The position numbers were made by a program, and so were the translations under genes. A DNA stretch of 64,000 nt from the human T2T-CHM13v2.0 reference genome, Homo sapiens. Of this stretch, positions 1-20,780 are shown piece after piece. Numbering within the stretch: the stretch's first letter is position 1; each line of letters begins with the position of its first letter. The stretch lies in assembly GCF_009914755.1 (NCBI RefSeq), contig NC_060928.1. One strand, written 5' to 3'. A model generated the notes under the pieces. It searched no databases, was not told where the DNA came from, and worked only from the letters and a program-made list of their open reading frames with translations.

Positions 1-2
1 TA

Positions 3-1263
3 TATTGGGGATTTCAAAAAATTCATTAGAAATGGAATTTAACATAAGCTCTTAATATAAGCTCCATCAAGTTCAAGACATTTTTGTAAATGATGATACC
101 ATCCATTTGCTCCATTCCTAAAGAACTGAGGGTCCTGGGAATTTAACTATGTTTATGCTGTCTTTTCTGCATAATTAACTGAAGAAAATGGGTATCCTTT
201 ACAGATTTTTTTAAGATTAGGAAACAAAAATCAGTCAAAAGGAGCTAAATCAGGACTATAAAGTGGATGCCTAATGATTTCCCATCAAATGTCTCATAAA
301 ATTGCCCTTGATTGATGAGAGGAATGAGTAGGAGCATTGTCGTGGTGGAGAAGGACTCTCTGGTGAAGCTTTCCTGGATGTTTTTCTGCTAGAACTTTGG
401 CTAACTTTCTCAAAACACTTTCATAATAAGCAGAGGTTATCATTCTTTGGCCCTCCAGAAAGTCAACAAGCAAAATACCTTGAGCATCCCAAAAAACTGT
501 TACCTTGGCCTTTGCTATTACCAGTCCACTTTTGCTTTGCCTAGACCAAGTTCACCTCTTAGTAGCAATTTCTTTGATTGAGTTTATTTTCAGGATCATA
601 CTGGCAAACCTGTGTTTCACCTCCTGTTACGATTCTTCAAAGAAATCCCTCAGGATCTTGATCTCATTTGTTTAATATTTTCATTGAAAGCTCCGTTTTT
701 GTCTGTGAGTGATCTGGGCACAATGATTTTGGCACCCAGCAAGTGGAAAGTTTGCTCAACTTTAATTTTGCAGTTAGAATTGTGTACGCTGAGTCAATTA
801 AGATGTCTATGGTGTTGACTGTTGTTTCACTGGTCTTTTTCAATTAGGGCATCAACAAGATTAACTTTTTTTCCCACAAAGTGATGTGGATGGTCTGCTG
901 CTGAGGGCTTCATCCCACAACATGGTCTCAACCCTTCTTAAAATGAGGTCCATTTGTAAACTGCTTTCTTGTGGGGCATTGTCCTCATAAAATTTGTGCA
1001 AAGCATTAATCATTTCATTATTCTTCCACCCCAGCTTCTCCATAAATTTGATGTTTGCTCTTGCCTCAATTTTAGGGGAGTTCATGTTGCTAATAGGGGC
1101 ACCTTTCAAACTGGTATCTTATCCTTCTTCATGCTTCAAACTAGATCCTGCCCAGACATGTTATAACAAGTTAATACAAGTTATTTTGGTACAAAAAAAA
1201 TGAAATCTATGCATAGTTTTTTCATAACACACATTTTCTATGAACTTTTTGAAGACTCTCTTG
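3..1263 (-). mobile_element. HSMAR2 (Mariner) DNA transposon, near full length, degenerate
   Basis: Inverted termini resembling GAGGGGTCTTCAAAAAGTTCATGGAAAAT at both ends (about 3-33, and the reverse complement ending at 1263 followed by TA). The minus-strand ORF 861-1109 gives MNSPKIEARANIKFMEKLGWKN..., matching the Hsmar2 transposase N-terminus; the rest of the ORF is disrupted. Confidence 0.88.
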
Positions 1264-1889
1264 TACATGGCATATCCACCTTTAGTTACTGAATAAATAA
1301 ATAAAAGATGCTCTTGCTTAAATTGTTCATGTGTGCTAGAACTTTATCCCGAGCCCTTCATTCTCATGTTTTGCACTTTCCTGTGGTGATTTTACATAAA
1401 CCCATGAGTTTGTTAATATCTGTTAAATTGATGACAGCCAAACCTATGGCTCCAGCAGAGATTCTACTCCTGAGTGTCTGACCTCTATATCCAAGCACAT
1501 TTTATGCTTGACTACTTAAACTACTTGAGTGATCCTAGAGATCTTAATTTCCACATATTCCAAACTAATCATATCATCCTTTGCCCAAAACCTGGCATTT
1601 CTGCAGATGTACCACCACCCGTATCATTCAACCAGTTCAGACATCTGGGGTCACCAGATGTTTCCCTCATACTCAGGACTTATCTGGCCACCAAATCTGG
1701 AGATACCTGTCTCCTAAACTTTTCTCATATCCTTCACCTTATCTCCAATTCTTCTGCTCACCTACATTACAGTAAGACCTAATCTGTCTCTATCCCTAGA
1801 TTCTTGACTCCATTCAAATGAGTACCCCTCTGCCATTAAGTAGTTTTATAAATCCTTAAATAGCTTGCCCTAGCTTTCAGCCTAAGATC

Positions 1890-2130
1890 AATAATAATGG
1901 TGATTGCCATTTTTGTGCCTATTATATGTGAAACACTATTCTAGACACTTGACATACATATATTTGCATTAGCTCTCATCTGATATCAGTCTGGTAAGAT
2001 AGATATTACCCTAATTTTATAAATGAAGAAACTGAATGTCAGAAAGCTTAGATGATTTACTCAAGACTACTGAGCCAGTTCATGATGGAGCTAGGGTTCA
2101 ATCCTAGGATGATGGTCTGGATGCAAAACC
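1890..2130 (-). mobile_element. MIR SINE fragment
   Basis: Contains attttataaatgaagaaactgaatgtcagaaagcttagatgatttactcaag...ctagggttcaatcctagg, the MIR core in reverse orientation; boundaries approximate. Confidence 0.65.
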
Positions 2131-2549
2131 TTCTGTTCCACTGGACCTGTTGCTGAATTGAAACTTGTAAGATCAGGACACAAAGGCTGTTGATGATCTG
2201 GAATGCTCAGATGCTGATCTTCCCTAGCATGGGCAGTTGCTTCAGTAATACCAAAGTATTACCTTCTCTTTCTTCTCTCTTTTTTAACCTCATACATATG
2301 TACCCTTTTAAAAAATTCATGGAAGAATACATTCAGGTTGTTAAAAAATTCAAATAAAGTGAAAGTAATTAGAATAAATTATACATCCTCCACACAGCCC
2401 CAATCTCCTCCCAAGAGAGCTAATCACTTTCAGACACTGATGTTGACTGAATTCATTTAATCTAAAGACTTAGATCTCTTCTCCTCTATGAAGTTTCTTT
2501 CTGTCTATCATTTCTCTTTATTCCCTCTGTTCTCTGCCTCTGAAACTTC

Positions 2550-2995
2550 TACCCAGCATTCTTTGTGCCACAGACTGCTCGAGACACTGAGCACAGCCTA
2601 TATAACTATATTTAAAATTGTATAAAATTAGATGCACAGGATTACAAAGGAAACCAATTTTATTAAAATGCAGTTATCTAAATATTAAAAAGTATAATAT
2701 AGGAATACAATTATGAATGCATCAATAACAAAATCTAGCAACGTATTTGATAGATATGTTAATTCTGCACTACTGATGAGCACAGATTGTATTTTGAGAT
2801 ACTTGCAGCAATAATACTATCATGAAAATACCTGTAATTTTTGCTGATAGCAAAGTGACATGTACTGCTAATACTACTGTGATTTTTGCCTACATCCATA
2901 TTTGGGGGAGTTATTAAATTTTAGTTAGAGTATATTTTAAAACATGTAATTTCTTTTTTCTATCCAAAGGCTCCTTGAAATCTATCCATGGCCTC
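2550..2995. mobile_element. hAT-Charlie MITE (MER119-like), degenerate
   Basis: ggattacaaaggaaaccaattttattaaaatgcagttatc and flanks recalled as MER119-like; boundaries approximate. Confidence 0.5.
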
Positions 2996-4674
2996 ATTTT
3001 AGTATTACTGAGCTTTTAGGATTTCCACTATCTTCAATATTTCTTGTACTTTCTCTAATATTTTCTAGTCTTTTACACTGTGTTCTAAGGTTAACTTTCT
3101 ATTTAGATATTTTACTCCAATGGTAAAGAAAATTTATTATATTACATTATAATCATTGTTTTCTACCTAGCCCTGTTATAATTTTATGAGTAAATTACAT
3201 ATAAATGCATTCAATCACTCAAAGAAAAGCTTCCAAAGGAAAGAGAAATTGAAGTAAGGTTGATGTGGATTTCTTGAAAGGAATAATTAAGAAACATTTT
3301 GCATATTATTAAAAGCGGTTATCAGATAATCATTCTTTCTGCAAAATTAGATAAACCCAGGGATGATCCAAGAATCCAGAGATAATAATCCTATATTAAC
3401 CTTTGCTGTTACTTTATGGTTAGTCTAGAAACAATGCAGTGGTCTTTCAATTTGGAAATGAAAATGTTAACATGTAAGGTAGTATGAAAATACCTTCATG
3501 AAAAGTATGAACAAATAAAAAATATGGTCAAGAACTTGTAAAGTTGTACTTACATGTTATATGGTAAATTTTAAGAGGTGATTTTTCCAAATAGAAACTA
3601 CCACCTAAAGAATATAAAAAGAAGAAAGGGGGAGGGAAGGAGGGAGAGACAGACATTATTTTTAAATGAATAAGCTAAAGAACATTTATAAAACAATCAA
3701 AATTTTTTTTGCAGTTGGAATAATAGGTTTTTTATACACATTCATTATGTTGTAAATGTTTTCCTCTCCATTAATTTACATTAATGTCATACAGGACTAC
3801 AAAAAATTAGGGTTCAGAGTTATAGATAACCTATAAGCCAATGCAAACAGTCGATCACCAGTGTTTCTGTAAGAATGAGGATGGTTTATTATTTACATCC
3901 TTTTACTTTGCAGTAACTATTCAAGGGAGAAGGCAAACAGAAAATGCATCAAATCTCAGTATTATTGTCTATGTTTTTCTGTTGCCATCAGCTAATGCTC
4001 TCATTCTGATTCATACCCACCCAGCTTCTCCACTGAAGTCAATGAGAAACTTCCTTTAAAGGCTGCAGAGTCACACTCACAATTGCCTACAGCAGATGGG
4101 TAAACTAAGTCTGAGCCCTGCCCCTTCTCCCAGTACTGGTCCCCTGAAGGCCAAGGCCTGAGAAATGTTTAAAAATACTTGCATTCCCTGACAACAAGAT
4201 AAATTTGTAATGTGGATTTTTTTTATTTCTCTGAACAAATCAGAACATTTGACAACACTGGACCTGCTTTCCAGCTATACAACAAGCAGCAGGTTCCTGA
4301 TTTTGCCATTTTGCCCCATCAAGTTCAATGGGGCATGAACTCTCCAGCAGGTTCATCATATACATTATACCCAGAATGAAGTCCTAGCTTTTCAGCGTAG
4401 AATTCAACAACGTTCATGATTCTGCACTCCCCTGCTTTTTTTTTTATTATTTATTTATTTTATTATTATTATACTTTAAGTTTTAGGGTACATGGGCACA
4501 TTGTGCAGGTTAGTTACATACGTATACGTGTGCCATGCTGGTGTGCTGCACGCACTAACTCGTCATCTAGCATTAGGTATATCTCCCAATGCTATCCCTC
4601 CCCCCTCCCCCCACCCCACAACAGTCCCCAGTGTGTGATGTTCCCTTTCCTGTGTCCATGTGATCTCACTGTTC

Positions 4675-8502
<3,828 letters not shown>

Positions 8503-8562
8503 TATGATGTTAGCTGGTTATTTTGCTTGTTAGTTGCAGTTTCTTCCTAGTCTCGATGGGCT

Positions 8563-9579
8563 TTACATTTTGGCATGATTTTGCAGCAGCTGGTACCGGT
8601 TGTTCCTTTCCATGTTTAGCGCTTCCTTCAGGAGCTCTTTTAGGGCAGGCCTGGTGGTGACAAAATCTTTCAGCATTTGCTTGTCTGTAAAGTATTTTAT
8701 TTCTCCTTCACTTATGAAGCTTAGTTTGGCTGGATATGAAATTCTGGGTTGAAAATTCTTTTCTTTAAGAATGTTGAATATTGGCCCCCACTCTCTTCTG
8801 GCTTGTAGGGTTTCTGCCGAGAGATCCGCTGTTAGTCTGATGGGCTTCCCTTTGAGGGTAACCCGACCTTTCTCTCTGGCTGCCCTTAACATTTTTTCCT
8901 TCATTTCAACTTTGGTGAATCTGACAATTATGTGTCTTGGAGTTGCTCTTCTCGAGGAGTATCTTTGTGGCGTTCTCTGTATTTCCTGAATCTGAACGTT
9001 GGCCTGCCTTGCTAGATTGGGGAAATTCTCCAGGATAATATCCTGCAGAGTGTTTTCCAACTTGGTTCCATTCTCCCCATCACTTTCAGGTACACCAATC
9101 AGACGTAGATTTGGTCTTTTCACATAGTCCCATATTTCCTGGAGGCTTTGCTCGTTTCTTTTTATTGTTTTTTCTCTAAACTTTCCTTCTCGCTTCATTT
9201 CATTTATTTCATCTTCCATTGCTGATACCCTTTCTTCCAGTTGATCGCATCGGCTCCTGAGGCTTCTGCATTCTTCACGTAGTTCTCGAGCCTTGGTTTT
9301 CAGGTCCATCAGCTCCTTTAAGCACTTCTCTGTATTGGTTATTCTAGTTATACATTCTTCTAAATTTTTTTCAAAGTTTTCAACTTCTTTGCCTTTGGTT
9401 TGAATGTCCTCCCGTAGCTCAGAGTAATTTGATCGTCTGAAGCCTTCTTCTCTCAGCTCGTCAAAGTCGTTCTCCGTCCAGCTTTGTTCCGTTGCTGGTG
9501 AGGAGCTGCATTCCTTTGGAGGAGGAGAGGCACTCTGCTTTTTAGAGTTTCCAGTTTTTCTGTTCTGTCTTTTCCCCAT
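8563..9579 (-). CDS. L1 ORF1p (338 aa, intact) of L1-A
   Basis: Full 338-aa ORF MGKRQNRKTGNSKK...QNHAKM with REKG, ARR and YPAKLS motifs intact. Confidence 0.9.
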   Translation of the reverse strand: MGKRQNRKTGNSKKQSASPPPKECSSSPATEQSWTENDFDELREEGFRRSNYSELREDIQTKGKEVENFEKNLEECITRITNTEKCLKELMDLKTKARELREECRSLRSRCDQLEERVSAMEDEINEMKREGKFREKTIKRNEQSLQEIWDYVKRPNLRLIGVPESDGENGTKLENTLQDIILENFPNLARQANVQIQEIQRTPQRYSSRRATPRHIIVRFTKVEMKEKMLRAAREKGRVTLKGKPIRLTADLSAETLQARREWGPIFNILKEKNFQPRISYPAKLSFISEGEIKYFTDKQMLKDFVTTRPALKELLKEALNMERNNRYQLLQNHAKM

Positions 9580-10484
9580 CTTTGTGGTTTTATCTACTTT
9601 TGGTCTTTGGTATGGTGATGTACAGATGGGTTTTTGGTGTGGATGTCCTTTCTGTTTGTTAGTTTTCCTTCTAACACACAGGACCCTCAGCTGCAGGTCT
9701 GTTGGAGTACCCTGCAGTGTGAGGTGTCAGTGTGCCCCTGCTGGAGGGTGCCTCCCAGTTAGGCTGCTCGGGGGTCAGGGGTCAGGGACCCACTTGAGGA
9801 GGCAGTCCGCCCATTCTCAGATCTCCAGCTGCGTACTGGGAGAACCACTGCTCTCTTCAAAGCTGTCAGACAGGGACATTTAAGTCTGCAGAGGTTACTG
9901 CTGTCTTTTTGTTTGTCTGTGCCCTGCCCCCAGAGGTGGAGCCTACAGAGGCAGGCAGGCCTCCTTGAGCTGTGGTGGGCTCCACCCAGTTCGAGCTTCC
10001 AGGCTGCTTTGTTTACCTAAGCAAGCCTGGGCAATGGCGGGCGCCCCTCCCCCAGCCTCGCTGCCACCTTGCAGCTTGATCTCAGACTGCTGTGCTAGCA
10101 ATCAATGAGACTCCGTGGGGTAGGACCCTCTGAGCCAGGTGCGGGATATAATCTCGTGGTGCGCCGTTTTTTAAGCCCGTCGGAAAAGCGCAGTATTCGG
10201 GTGGGAGTGACCCGATTTTCCAGGTGCCGTCCATCACCCCTTTCTTTGATTAGGAAAGGGAACTCCCTGACCCCTTGCGCTTCCCGAGTGAGGCAATGCC
10301 TCGCCCTGCTTCGGCTCATGCACGGTGCACGCACCCACTGACCTGCACCCACTGTCTGGCACTCCCTAGTGAGATGAACCCGGTACCTCAGATGGAAATG
10401 CAGAAATCACCCATCTTCTGCATCGCTCAGGCTGGGAGCTGTAGACCAGAGCTGTTCCTATTCAGCCATCTTGGCTCCTCCCTC
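9580..10484. promoter_or_regulatory. L1-A 5'UTR: sense promoter (- strand) and antisense promoter (+ strand, same direction as GRID2)
   Basis: GC/CpG-rich 5'UTR with a YY1 motif (gccatcttgg at about 10465-10474). The ORF0 ATG at 10034 is truncated by TGA at 10106. Promoter activity is inferred from family knowledge. Confidence 0.7.
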
Positions 10485-10789
10485 CACTCCCCTGCTTTTT
10501 AAGACATGCTGCCTGCTCTCCTCAAACAATGGTGACCTCCAGGCCTCTATCTTGTAGGATCCAACTTGGCTTTCATCTTTTTAGGAAGCCTCCTGTAATA
10601 TCCCTTTCTTCAATGTCGATTGTTCATGAAATTCCTTAGCATTTAGTTGTGGCCTCTCTTATGACACCTTATCGTGGGTACATTGAGATTTAATTTTATT
10701 AGTATTTAACATTTCATAATTGTGTGTGTATGCCTTCTTTTCATGCATTACATAATCTTTTCACAACTAGACCAAGTTCTGATATCTGT

Positions 10790-11000
10790 TATTAGGAGCC
10801 AAACCCAGCCCTGTATTTACTTGCTGTGGGAACTTGGGCAAATTATTGATCCCCTCTAATCTTCACTCAGTCCCAATATTTGTAAAATGGGAATAATACC
10901 TACTCATGAAGTTATTGTAAAACTTAATGAAACACTGCATGAAAAGCATTTTGCTCAGTGTCAGGGATGCAGTAAGAACTCAGTAAAAATGTTTGTGTTA
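10790..11000 (+). mobile_element. MIR SINE fragment
   Basis: acttgctgtgggaacttgggcaaatt...tgtaaaatgggaataatacctactcat is a typical MIR core; boundaries approximate. Confidence 0.65.
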
Positions 11001-11701
11001 TAATTTCTCTACCATTGTCACTCTCTTGAGAGCTATTAAATGACTTATCCCTGATTTCTTCTTACCTATAGGCCTTTTATTGCCCTAGAAGTTTGCACAA
11101 CTAACTTTCCACAATTCTTCCTGGTAATAATATTACCGTGAAAATATTCTTCCAATATTTTAAGATTCCCTCATCATTATATTACTTTAATTTCTGTGTA
11201 AAGATCATATAGAATACAAATAAAATGAGATCGTTATTTGCTCTTCAGGTACCACATTAATAACAATTTCTACCTACCATGTATTGATCGCCTATTATGT
11301 GGCAGGCACTGTGCTAGATATTTATTTTTCTTGCCTTGTCGCTAGTGTTCAAAACTCCACAAGGAAAGTATTTTGACACGAATTTTATGGCTGAGAAAAC
11401 TGAGGTCCCGAGTAGTTAAGTAAATTATTTGTTTATTCTACATCTGTGTGGCAGAACTGGGTTCGAAATGAGATCTATATGTAAAGGCTATGCACTTTTT
11501 GCTAATTTCCTATTGCCTTGTGTTTATTATCTAGTTCACTATTGAGCCATTCAGATACAAATTAGCCCTAGTAAACCTTTGTAATTTCTAGAAATATTGC
11601 AATTGTATATGTTTAATGTACAATAAATTCTTCTTAGGCTATCGCTAATAATATTTCTAATACCCCAATATGGCTTTCTTAGAAAATAAAGGCTACTTGA
11701 G

Positions 11702-12011
<310 letters not shown>

Positions 12012-15000
12012 AAAGGCTACTTGAGAATGACCAAGTTATTATATTAAGACTTTTTCCAGATGCAAGTAAAAATTACGTTACATTGTTTTGTGTTGTAGCA
12101 TTAACAATGCTCAATGTTTTGATTAATAAGTGTCTGATTTGATATATCAGTTGGATATTACTTGTGAAAACACGATCTGTCTCATTGTTGGATATTGGTT
12201 TTTGATAGATCAGATTTAATGTATTACATGGACATTTATGAGGTTCTTCTACATACAATATAATTGATTTAATACGGATCTGGTTTATGGCTGGTGTATT
12301 TAATTTCAAAATATATCTGGCTTAATACTTAATGTATTTGTTTTGATATTCGGCATTTTGATGCAATGTTCAAGTGTATGATTTGATAAGAAATATATTG
12401 CTCATGGGCATGAAGAAAATTGTAAAAGAAAATTATCAGTAGACAGTGAACAGATGTGTAATTATGCAGAAATAATCACATTTTTAGAGCAGAAATCTAA
12501 AGTGAAAATATGTTTCAAAAAGATGTGTTAGTTTTGTTTAGGTAAACATTGGATTCTCAGCTTCATTCAATTAAACAAACAATAACAACAAACAATAAGC
12601 ATATAAGACCTCCCAAAGTCAGCTATTTTTTTAACAAATTGAAAATTAATTTACTTTGTTGAGTCTTTCCTCATGTGATAGTAACTATTTTATATATTTT
12701 GATAAGCTGTTACTTGAAGTAAATATATTTCTACTTGTAGTTTTTATGTGTTTCTGTTTTGAAAATCTACAGCTCCGAAACATCATGATGAATGTTTTAC
12801 AGTCTTCTAGTTCACAGGGAAACAGAATGCAAGAGACTTACCAGCTTCTCCTAGGATGCGTTAGGAGTCAGTATACTTTTTAGTTTATGTATGAGATTGT
12901 TTTGCCTGACTTACCAATAGAATGAATTTTAATGCTCTCCTGCTCATTTGTGATTTCTCTTTCCTAGGAGAGAACTTCCTATAATTCCCTCAGAACCATC
13001 CCTGTCCCTATTGTTCATCATCCTTATCAGAGCAGTCACTCCAGCGAATCTCCTTATCTCAAAACCCAGAAGTCCCAAGACACTCTTCATTGCCTGTCCT
13101 CTTTTGCCTCCCAAATTTGTTAGCTTGCAGGTTCAGCTGCTTCTTTCTACTTCTTTTGAATCCAAATATTTCTTTCTGCCTCAACGAAAATCCTTGCCTA
13201 CATACCTACCTTACAACCAAATGTTAGTCACTTAGTTCCTGTTATGTTCTATTCCCAAGCTGTGTTTCACACTTGAACTTCCATCTACTGAATTTCATTT
13301 TTTGCTACTCTATATTTGATACCTCTGGATCAAATATAAACTGTTGCATTGAAAGCTTTCTGTTAGATAGCCCTGACTTAAAGGATTGCAGCCTTATTCC
13401 TTAATAATATCAATAGGAAAGACTAAAAATATAGACAGTTTGCTGTGAACGAACAATGGACTATCATATACTCTATACATTCTCTGGTACAACATACATG
13501 ACAACTATCCAAGTTAGGGATGTGGAAACTTAAGCTCGTTGAAGTTAACACAGTCTAATAAGAGGAATGTCAGATTTCACATTTCACACCCGGGCGGTCT
13601 GACTCTAGACTCTGTGTTCTTAGATCCAAATGATATCACTTATTGTTATAGCTTCCATTCCACATAGGCAATCTTACAACTTCATAAAATTATTCCATTT
13701 CTTCCAGCTGCTATCCCTCCCCCCATAGTCCACTGTCTCTTTCTTTTCATTCTTTATCTCTCTTTCCCTCGTTCACTCATTCCTTCTCATGCTTCCTTTC
13801 TCACTCACTCTCTTTTAAAGTTTTTTTACTGTGCTAAGCACCAATGAATTTTGCTTCAAATCACTGACTCTAAGAGGTTTCTAATAGGTTTCTTGCTGAC
13901 AAAGAGAATAAATGTTAACTTTTCCCTCTTAGGTTGTTGCTCTCGTTTCTTTTCAACCAAATTTATTCTGATTAATCTTACTTATTTTTCTAAGATTTAA
14001 CCCAGTTTTAAGAAGATTTCCATATGAGCAAGTTATAATACTATCTATATTTGCATTTTAGTATGTTTTGTATTTACAGATTTTGTATCTACCAAAATGC
14101 ATCTTCTTGAAGGAGAATGCACCTCTAGATGCAAACTAAAACTATCTTTTGCCTCTTTCTTTATCCTCTTTCATAGCTTTCTGTTTCTGTTTCTATGTTT
14201 TATTCAGACAAAATAATGCAAATTTGTGCATATCTGTGTGCAGAGAAGAGATTGAAGCAAGAATTGTATAAAATGTGCCTTCATATTGAGTATATACTGT
14301 AATTATTTTTTATTTATAATTTCTTCAAGGCATAGAACAAAACCCACTCTAATCTGTCACTAAATAATGCTGTTAATGCTAATTTTTTCTTTTTAAGTTT
14401 TTCAGTAATTACATATATAATCTAGACTAAGAAAATCATATTCTGAATTAAACATTGCCACAAAATTTTACTTCCAACTCGATTCTAGGATATTTAAAAC
14501 CAGGAAATGATACTGTCTCCTTTCACTTCTGGTCTGACACCGAATAGAGTGCTGGTGCACAGTCCATACCCAACAAATGTTGTTGGATGGACTTGAATGT
14601 GAATCACCTGCAGCACTCTGTTTAATGATTCAGCATCTATTCCACTAGAGAATGCAAAAGAAGCAGATCTGGAGAAGAGAAAAATTTTATAGCACTGTCA
14701 TTAGTGGTCACTTCTAAGCACAAGGAAACTTAAAAGTGTTTCACCTACAATTTAGAGTAAGACCAGCCTCTTCAGGTGTACTTCAGGTAAATAGATTACA
14801 AGTAAATTGTAGGCATTTCTTTAAGTGAAAAAAGCTTTTAGATGATTACAGAAAGTCTCACAAAAATAATTTTATCATCATTGAAACTTTCTGTAATTTT
14901 CTCCTAAGTAAATTTCACTTCCAAATGTGTCATTTCAGTTTGAGATAAAATAATCCTAAAACTATGGCTTCCATTTGCTTCCATCAATCTACTGGAAAAC

Positions 15001-15559
15001 AATGTGATTATATACACACAGAAAAATGTTATGTTCTGATTCCAGTATTGGCTTAGTATCTTATACCAAACTAACCCTTTCACAAAAGCAGCCAGAACCT
15101 GAAAGAGATATGACCCTTGAGAGAAGAAACTGCACAAGGAAAGAGTCGCAGTTACATGGCTTTTCCCCTGAGCACACTTCCAAGTCCACACACAGATCAA
15201 GACAGCTAGCATTCAAGAATAAAGTTGCAGTTTTACTGGCTTGGAGTGTCACAGGATGGAGTTAGGGTTGCTAGACATCTGAAAATTAAGAGGGAATACC
15301 AGAAAGATGAGAATCAGAACAGGAAGAGTCCTAAAATTGGCATTCATACTGCCCTTAAATTCTTGGATAACCCTGAACTGTGTATGCACAGGGGAGAAAC
15401 CATGCTGGAAAAAGCAACGGCTAGAAGGCCCAAGATTTAAGCGTAACTTAGCTGCCATATACCACAGCGTAGACAAAGTTTGGAGTTCAAGCCCTGCCAA
15501 ATTAAAAGGGCTGAGTAAACTCATCAGGTATTCCATTAAAATTCCAGAATGAATCTGTA

Positions 15560-16560
15560 GGATTAAAACTATGTCTCAGTACAAATACAAGTTCCTTAAA
15601 CAAAAACACAAACTTGATACATTGGATTTTACAAAAACAAAAAAAATTCTACTTATCAAATATTCTATTAAGAAAATTAAAAAGGTAAGCCATACAATGG
15701 GAGAAAATATTTACCACACATACATATCTCTGACAAAGACCTTGTATCTCATATATAAAGAACTAAAATCAATAATGAAAAGACAAATAGTATAATAAAA
15801 AATAAACAAAAGATTGGAACAGTGGTTTCATAAAAGAAAATATACAAATTACCAATAAACTCAAAAATACTTAATTAACATCATTAGCCACCAAGAAAAT
15901 ATAAATTGAAACCACAATGATATACATTTCACATCCACCATAATAGCTAGAATTAGAAAGACTAATAGCACCAAATATTGGCAAAAATGTGGAGTGACTA
16001 GAACTTACATATATTGATGATGTAAAATGCGTAAAAACTACTTTGGAAATCTGTTTAGCAGTTTCCTACCAAACTAAAGGCATATATAGCCTATGACTTA
16101 GCAGTTCCAATCTCAGGTATTTACCTAAAAGAGAGGAAAACTTCCATCCATAAAAGACTCATATTGGAAGCAACCCAAACGTCCAACAATGGGGAAATGG
16201 AAAAGCATAGTGGTCTACTCAGACCTCAATACTGCAAGAAATAATAATGAGCTACTGATACACAAACCAGTTGGCTGTATCTGAAAAGCATTGTGCTGTT
16301 CAAAACTAGCCAGAGTCAGAAGAGTACATGCCATTTGATATCATTTCTATGAAGCTCAAGAGCCAGCAAAACAAATCTGTCATGGTGAGAGAAATCAGAG
16401 CAATAGTGCCCAGAGGGTGAGGAAGAGGGCAAGGAAAATTTCTGGAGTGATGGAAATGTTCTGTATCTTAACTGAGGCAGTAGATTCACAGGTATATTTT
16501 TTAATGAAAATTCATTGAATTTGAGACTCAAAATCTGTGCTTTTCATGATAAGTAAATTT
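15560..16560 (+). mobile_element. Old L1M (L1MC/L1ME-like) ORF2-end and 3'UTR fragment
   Basis: Degenerate L1 ORF2 C-terminal motifs (gggagaaaatattt, aaaaccacaatga, actttggaaa..gtttagcagtt) and an L1M 3'UTR (ttctggagtgatggaaatgttctgtatctt). Confidence 0.7.
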
Positions 16561-17751
16561 GCATGCTACAAATGGTTGTACTGTGTGATTTGAATTGGAT
16601 TTGGATTAAATATAGCATGATTATGGTTTGGATTGGATGGACAGTTGGACTGGATTAAATACAGCATAACCAGATGATAAGAACTGAAAATAGAGTATAT
16701 GCCTACTCAAGGAAGTTCCTGACTCACCCCTCTCCTATACATCATATCCTACCCAACATAAATACATGGGTGTCCTGGAACATGTCCCATTTTCATGCCT
16801 TATTCTTCACTTCTATTCTTTAGGATTATTTCCTTTTCCTGGGGTTTACTCTTTTAATAAATTGGGAACTGCTGCATTCAATGAGGGGCATTTTAACTAA
16901 GGAATCCTGATAACACCAACAGCTGAGTTATTCTTGCTAGCTAGTAATTTCCAAAAGTTCAGCCATGAAAAAGATTAGTAATTGAATCTATGCAAGATTA
17001 AGCCAACCAAGACACAGGTTTCACTGAAGCTTCTAAAATATTACTTGTAAAATGTTTACTGGGATTAGTCCTGTTTAATCTCTGACCAAAATTTCTATTC
17101 TTCCTTTGTTCCTCTGTCTTTAAACTTTGATAATGATAATTTTTTTCATCAAGCCACTTTATAGAATTTTTTCCACATTGATGAGAAAAAATACTGATTC
17201 TCTGGCTTCTTTGAAAGACATTCTATCCTTATTTGGAGTAACCATGTTATTATGAATAACACTATTATATTACACCTTTATTTTCTCATTGCTGGGCCAA
17301 GAAGTTAGTGAGATACTGAATTGTGACAACTGATCACCATATAGTTTCTTTTTAATGACCTTGTGTAATGTGTAATAGACTGTGAACTATCATCACCTTA
17401 AAATGTCATCATGTTTTCATAACATGACAAAGTTATAATGTAAAAATGCTGAATTTAGTAATTGAAAACTGCCATGCTCAGCGAGTGATATTGCCAACAC
17501 CAAGTCCTAATTTAAGAGTTAGTTTACTCATTTTCCACTTCATTTTATAAGAAAATCTTCCCATTTTGCTTTTCAGAGAGGATTGTGTTATTATACGGGC
17601 AATTCTTTTTCACTATTAAGCAATAATCAAATGCTGAGTTTTTCCTTAACTCTTATGTAGTTGCTCTTGCCCAAGGCAATCAATTTAGTTAAGTGTTACC
17701 TGTATAGTCAGTCTAAAAAAAGTTGTCTGCCCTAAAGCTGCTTTTGATGCA

Positions 17752-20424
<2,673 letters not shown>

Positions 20425-20544
20425 TAATTGGGAATAGTAATGTATAGATATGAAGGAGCTAATTGAAATGCAAGCCCATCTATGATTATATGCCAAAAAT
20501 GACTGTTCTTGAGTAGTTCTGGGGGGCAAAAATCATACTTTTCC

Positions 20545-20780
20545 ATAGGAACAAATATCTTCAAATTTGCAATGTCCAATGTGATAACCCACTAGCCCCA
20601 TGTGACTAATTTAAATTTAAATGTGTTAAAATTAAATAAAATTTAAAAATTCAATTCCTCAATCATATTAGCCACATTTCAAGTGCTCAGTAGCCATATG
20701 TGGCTTGTGGGTATATATTGGACAGCATAGACATAGAACACTGCCAACATTTCAAAACATTCTATGAAACTGTGCTGAGT
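20545..20780. mobile_element. MER33/MER3-like hAT-Charlie MITE
   Basis: cactagccccatgtgact...attagccacatttcaagtgctcagtagccatatgtggcttgtgg...attggacagc. Confidence 0.7.

Noticed and set aside
4595-4630. G-rich tract (G-quadruplex) on the - strand
   Set aside because: Ordinary polypurine tract of the L1 3'UTR, present in all copies.
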